NCBI GenBank assembly: GCA_902791945.1
Contig: CADAXR010000002.1
Coordinates: 9 to 64,008, forward strand
From: an uncultured Bacteroidia bacterium
GTDB taxonomy: Bacteria; Bacteroidota; Bacteroidia; Bacteroidales; UBA932
Length of the DNA: 64,000 nt
Direction: 5' to 3'
Shown: positions 61,176-64,000 of the stretch, piece by piece
Position numbering within the stretch: the stretch's first letter is position 1
Layout: each line of letters starts with the position of its first letter
Translations under genes and position numbers: made by a program
Notes under the pieces: generated by a model
Told to the model about the DNA's origin: nothing
The model's input: the letters and a program-made list of their open reading frames with translations, nothing else
Database searches by the model: none

Positions 61176-64000
61176 ATGCGCAGAGCCAAAATGCTTTTGA
61201 CGGCTGCCGTCCTCGGCCTCCTTTCCTGGAGCCTCTGGGCGCAGGACGTCATCACTTTCCCTTCTGCAAAGATGCCGATCGGCGAGGCGCTTTCCGTGGT
61301 CGAGGCCCAAAGCGGGATGTCTCTGGCCTACAACGAACAGCTGACCAATCCCTCGAAGATGGTTTCTACTCCCGTAGGCAAGACGCTGCAGGAAGCCCTG
61401 GCCGTGCTTCTGGAAGGCACAGGCACCGAGGCGGTTATCAAGGGGAAAATGATTCTCATCGTAAAGAAGAAGTCCGAGACTCCTTCCACAAAGCCCGCCC
61501 CCGTCATTCTGTCGGGGCATGTGGTGGACAAGGCCGGCCCGCTTGTCGGGGCAGTCGTTATGAACGGCAAGGCCGCTTCCGTGACTGACGCCGACGGTAT
61601 TTTCACTATCAGTGCTTCCCGCGGAGACGTGCTTCAGGTCAGCCTGCTCGGCTACAAGGACGCCGTCTACACGGTCGGAACCGCGACGGAGGGCATCGAA
61701 ATCGTTATGGTCGACGATACGGAACTCCTTGCGGAATCCGTCGTGGTCGGCTACGGCACTATGCAGCGCCGCGACATCACTTCTTCGATAGCTACCTTCA
61801 AGCCATCTGACGAAGGGGAAAGGGAATTTCTAAGCCCCGACGCTATGCTTCAGGGCAGGGTTGCCGGCGTCAACATCGCGTCGGCATCCGGCACACCGGG
61901 CGGAAAGTCCCGCGTCAGCATCCGTGGTATCGGTTCCATCACGGCGGGCAACGAGCCGCTTTATGTCGTGGATGGGGTCCCGATGTCCAACACCTCCGGC
62001 GATACCGGCGCTTATGGCGGCGACCATACAGGTGCTCAAAGATGCCGCCTCCGCGGCAATCTACGGCTCACGTGGTACCAACGGCGTCATCATCATCACC
62101 ACGAAGAAAGGTGTGAAGGGAAAGCCGAAGTTCGCATTCAACGCCAACTACGGAGTCAGCTGGCTCCGCAACCTCGACAAACTCAAAGTCGCCGACGCCG
62201 ACCTCTATCTCGAAGTGCAGAACGAGGCCATCGACAACTATAACATGCAGACCGGCAGCGCCATCGCCCGCCTGGAGAATCCTTTCCCGGGCAAGCCGCA
62301 ATACAATTGGCTCGATGTGGTCTTCCGCGTTGCCCAGAGTTTCCAGGCCGACGCATCCGTGTCCGGCGGCAGCGAGAACACCGATTATTACGTTGCGGCC
62401 CACGCCAAGTACAACCAGGGCGTCGGTATGGGCTCCCTCTACCAGAAATACGGAGTCAAGTCCAGCGTCAACAGCCAGGTGACCAAGTGGATGAAACTTG
62501 GTGCGACCATCAACCTCAGCTACACCAACGCCAACCGAGTCCCCGACGGCTCCATAGGCACGTCGATGCTTACCCACGGCCTTGAGCACCGCCCCTGGGA
62601 CACCCCCTTCAAGGGCGACGGCAGCTACACCATCATCAACGCCGACCTTCTCCATTACAATCTCGTCCAGGCCCTCAACGAACAGACGGTCTATAACAAG
62701 ACCTATCGCGTGTACGGAAGCGCCTATGTCCGTTTCGATATATATAAAGGGCTGAATTTCAAAACCTCCTTCGGCGGCGACTTCATGTCGGCCGAAGACC
62801 ACGTCTATTACAGCAAGGACCACATGTACGGCAATTCCGCCGGCGTCCTCACCGATTCCAGGAGGAATTTCGCCTCGATTGTGGTGGACAACATCCTCAG
62901 TTACAATAACACCTTCGGCGGCTTCTCACTCGACGCGATGCTCGGCCATTCGTTCCAGATGGACAAGAACTCCACAGCCAAACAGGTCGGCCAGGGCTTC
63001 CCCGACAAGGACCTGGACGTCAACTCTGTGGCGGCTGAAATAACCGATTTCACGACGGGCCTGTCCACCTGGTCGCTCCAGTCGTTCATGGTCAGGACCA
63101 CGCTTGGCTACAGGAACCGCTACCTGCTCACTTTCAGCGCCCGTCTCGACGGCTCGTCGAAATTCGCCAGGGATTTTAAGCACCGTTACGGCTTCTTCCC
63201 CTCCGCCTCGCTCGGATGGAACATCTCCGAAGAGCCTTTCTGGAAATGGAATGACATCAACGCCAAAATCCGCGCAAGCTACGGCGCCACCGGCAATCAG
63301 GGCGGCATCGGCAGCTATGCCTGGATGACGCTTGTCAACGCCGGATATAACTACAACGGGGAAAACGGTTATGCCGTGATGCAGCCTGGCAACCCCAACC
63401 TCCAGTGGGAGACGGCCCACCAGTACGACGTGGGTGTCGATCTGAGCTTCTTCTCCGGAGCGCTGACCTTCACGGCGGATGCCTTCCTCAAGGACACCGA
63501 GAACCTCCTTTACGATATGCCGATATCGGCGACGAAGGGCTATACGACCCTCACGAGCAACATCGGCTCCATGCGCAACAAGGGTCTCGAATTCGCCATC
63601 GGGGGCAACATCGCAAAGGGCGATTTCCACTGGAAGGGAGATTTCAACATCACCTTCGTCAAAAACCGCCTGACCTCCCTTATCGGCGACAACGAGGTCC
63701 TTATGACCGACGACTACCACGCCCTCAAGGTCGGGCAGGAGATAGGCAGTTTCTATATGATAAAGATGCTTGGCATCTACCAAAGCGACGAGGAAGTCCC
63801 CACCTACCAGTATGAAAACTACGGGGTCAGGGCCGGAGACGTCATCTACGAGGACCTCAACGGCGACGGCAACATCACCGTCGAGGACGACGCCCAGTTC
63901 GTCGGTTCGGCCAACCCGCTCTTCACGGGCGGCCTCAGCAACACCTTCACCTGGAAGGGCCTCGATGCAAACATCTTCTTCACCTTCTCCTACGGCGCCA
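61176..64000 (+). pseudogene. SusC/RagA-type TonB-dependent receptor with N-terminal STN signalling domain; frame broken near 62000-62032; 3' end beyond window
   Basis: Frame A carries STN, CarboxypepD_reg and the plug start (PLYVVDGVPMSN..) and then becomes nonsense (RRHHHHHEER). The +1 frame reads IQVLKDAASAAIYGSRGTNGVIIITTKKG.. and stays open through canonical SusC barrel sequence to nt 64000. Confidence 0.7.

Overview
The window looks like a Bacteroidales chromosomal segment. Support: an ECF-sigma/FecR/SusC locus, many lipoproteins, and TAnnTTTG -7 promoter boxes. It has four parts.

(1) 1-8.6 kb holds two paralogous surface lipoproteins with Ig-like and DUF1566-like domains, one of them frame-broken. 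It also holds an EEP-family enzyme and a RAYT-like Y1 transposase gene bracketed by 98-bp compound palindromes.

(2) 8.6-20.4 kb is visibly more AT-rich and ends at tRNA-Ser(GGA). It carries an AAA+ ATPase lying divergent to a WYL-regulator operon (two PD-(D/E)xK-like proteins plus a metallophosphoesterase). It also carries a tightly packed three-gene operon (unknown protein, PAD/agmatine-deiminase-like enzyme, PIF1 helicase) and dnaB.

(3) About 20669-56095 is a ~35.4-kb Mu-like transposable myovirus prophage.
- Its ends carry inverted pairs of AAAACGAAATGTACA.
- The early region encodes an S24 repressor, a Ner-like protein, MuA/MuB-like proteins, and Gam- and GemA-like proteins.
- The structural genes are divergent head and tail modules, with an initiator-like tRNA(CAU) between them.
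- There is a lysis cassette, and a -1 frameshift site in the tail chaperone.
- A ThyA-like gene sits at the position Mu uses for mom.
- It carries a diversity-generating retroelement: one template repeat, an Avd, a reverse transcriptase, and two variable repeats. One variable repeat is adjacent, in the tail module; the other is ~26 kb away in an early-region gene.

(4) 56.1-64 kb holds gene remnants, an AlbA_2/Schlafen-like protein, an SDR, and an ECF sigma/FecR/SusC locus whose SusC gene is frame-broken.

All functional calls come from motif-level reading of the supplied translations. No database search was possible.
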